Shown: positions 63,118 through 64,000 of the stretch, one piece after another | How the letters are laid out: every line of letters begins with the position of its first letter | Position numbering within the stretch: position 1 is the stretch's first letter | DNA from: Microthyrium microscopicum | Lineage: Eukaryota | Length of the DNA stretch: 64,000 nt | Assembly: GCA_010405405.1 (NCBI GenBank) | Contig: MU004236.1 | Coordinates: 1,184,070 to 1,248,069, forward strand | Reading direction: 5' to 3' | Notes under the pieces: generated by a model | What the model was told of the DNA's origin: nothing | Seen by the model: only the letters and a program-made list of their open reading frames with translations | The model's database searches: none | Made by a program: the position numbers and the translations under genes

Positions 63118-64000
63118 CTATTCCTGAGGGTTTTGCTGGCGACGCATCTTCTCGGCCTCAAGATTCTCATAGAGTAGATATAGGGCCTTTTCGTTGCTTG
63201 CAGCAGTACCGGTAATAGTGAACATTCGCTCGCCAGACTCATCGTGAGGAGCTTTGGCAATGGAGATTCGAGCACCGGAGCTCTTGCGGATTTCGCTAAT
63301 CTTGGTTCCACCACGGCCAATGATGCAGCCGACCATATCGGATGGAATACTGATATTCTGCGTCTGAATTTCTTCACCATCCTCGGTATGAGTTGGTGGA
63401 GGAGGTCGTGGCAAGCCTTCACCGCCCGAGTTGCGATGACGGCTATAGCTCGGGCTGTTGTCGCTGAAATCGGCGCCATGTCCAGTGCGATTGTAGGGAG
63501 TGCGAGGAGGTATGCCTCCACCATTTCCACCGCCATTACCAATGGGACCACTAGCTTGAACGCGTACAGCAGGGTTGTAGAGGACCGTGCCGTAACCACG
63601 CTCTGCGTCATCAACGAGACACTTGCCAATGTCCCACACAGCCTTCTCAATGCCGTCTGGAGTGCCTTGCAGCTCAACAATGCGCTCAGTAGATTGCGGA
63701 AGCATCTCCTTCTGCGCTACCATACGAACACCAGAAGCATCCTGAATTTGCTTGATCTTCAGTCCTTGGCGTCCGATAATCGTGCCCATTTGGTTGTGGG
63801 AAATGAGAAGTCGAACGGCTAAAATGCAATTAGCCAAGTTTGGGACTTTAAAGACAGTCTGGAGTGCTAAAGGAATGTTTTAAACTCACCATGCGAACCA
63901 TTGGCGTTGATCACTCCACCCATGCCCATCTGGGGTACACCTTCAAGTAGTCCCTTAGCTACCATTTTGTAGGCTTTGGAAATTCCAACCAAGGAACCAG
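63118..64000 (-). CDS. HEK2: Triple-KH RNA-binding protein (Hek2/Rnc1, hnRNP K-like); 5' part outside the window
   Basis: RLLISHNQMGTIIGRQGLKIK...MLPQSTER; QNISIPSDMVGCIIGRGGTKISEIRKSSGARI. Intron about 63818-63889. Confidence 0.9.

Overview
Gene-dense window of a filamentous ascomycete genome (Pezizomycotina; a Dothideomycete-like lineage is an inference). Introns are about 50 nt, mostly GT-AG with CTAAC/CTAAT branch sites. About 22 protein-coding genes are supported: NAS2 (partial), a RhoGEF, RTC3, RPB2, GWT1, a TRI12-type MFS pump, SFR1/MEI5, an ankyrin protein, END3, an EthA-like BVMO, an epoxide-hydrolase-like enzyme, glycogenin, a rhodanese, an RBM26/27-like protein, cyclin CTK2, POM33, septin CDC3, a DUF4210 protein, a KH protein (partial) and several orphans. 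Two AT-rich ~3 kb islands are RIP-degraded DNA transposons with readable ends. One is a Mutator/MULE (112-bp TIRs, 9-bp TSD) next to a HET-domain pseudogene. The other is unclassified, with 17-bp TIRs, a 3-bp ATT TSD and a 41-bp subterminal palindrome. Other observations: a 220-bp TA-flanked MITE, a glycogenin intron that is itself an open reading frame (two possible C-termini), a required GC-AG intron in the septin, a truncated NmrA-like relic and a divergent RPB2. I see no clear new multi-gene system. All family assignments come from motif recognition, not database searches.
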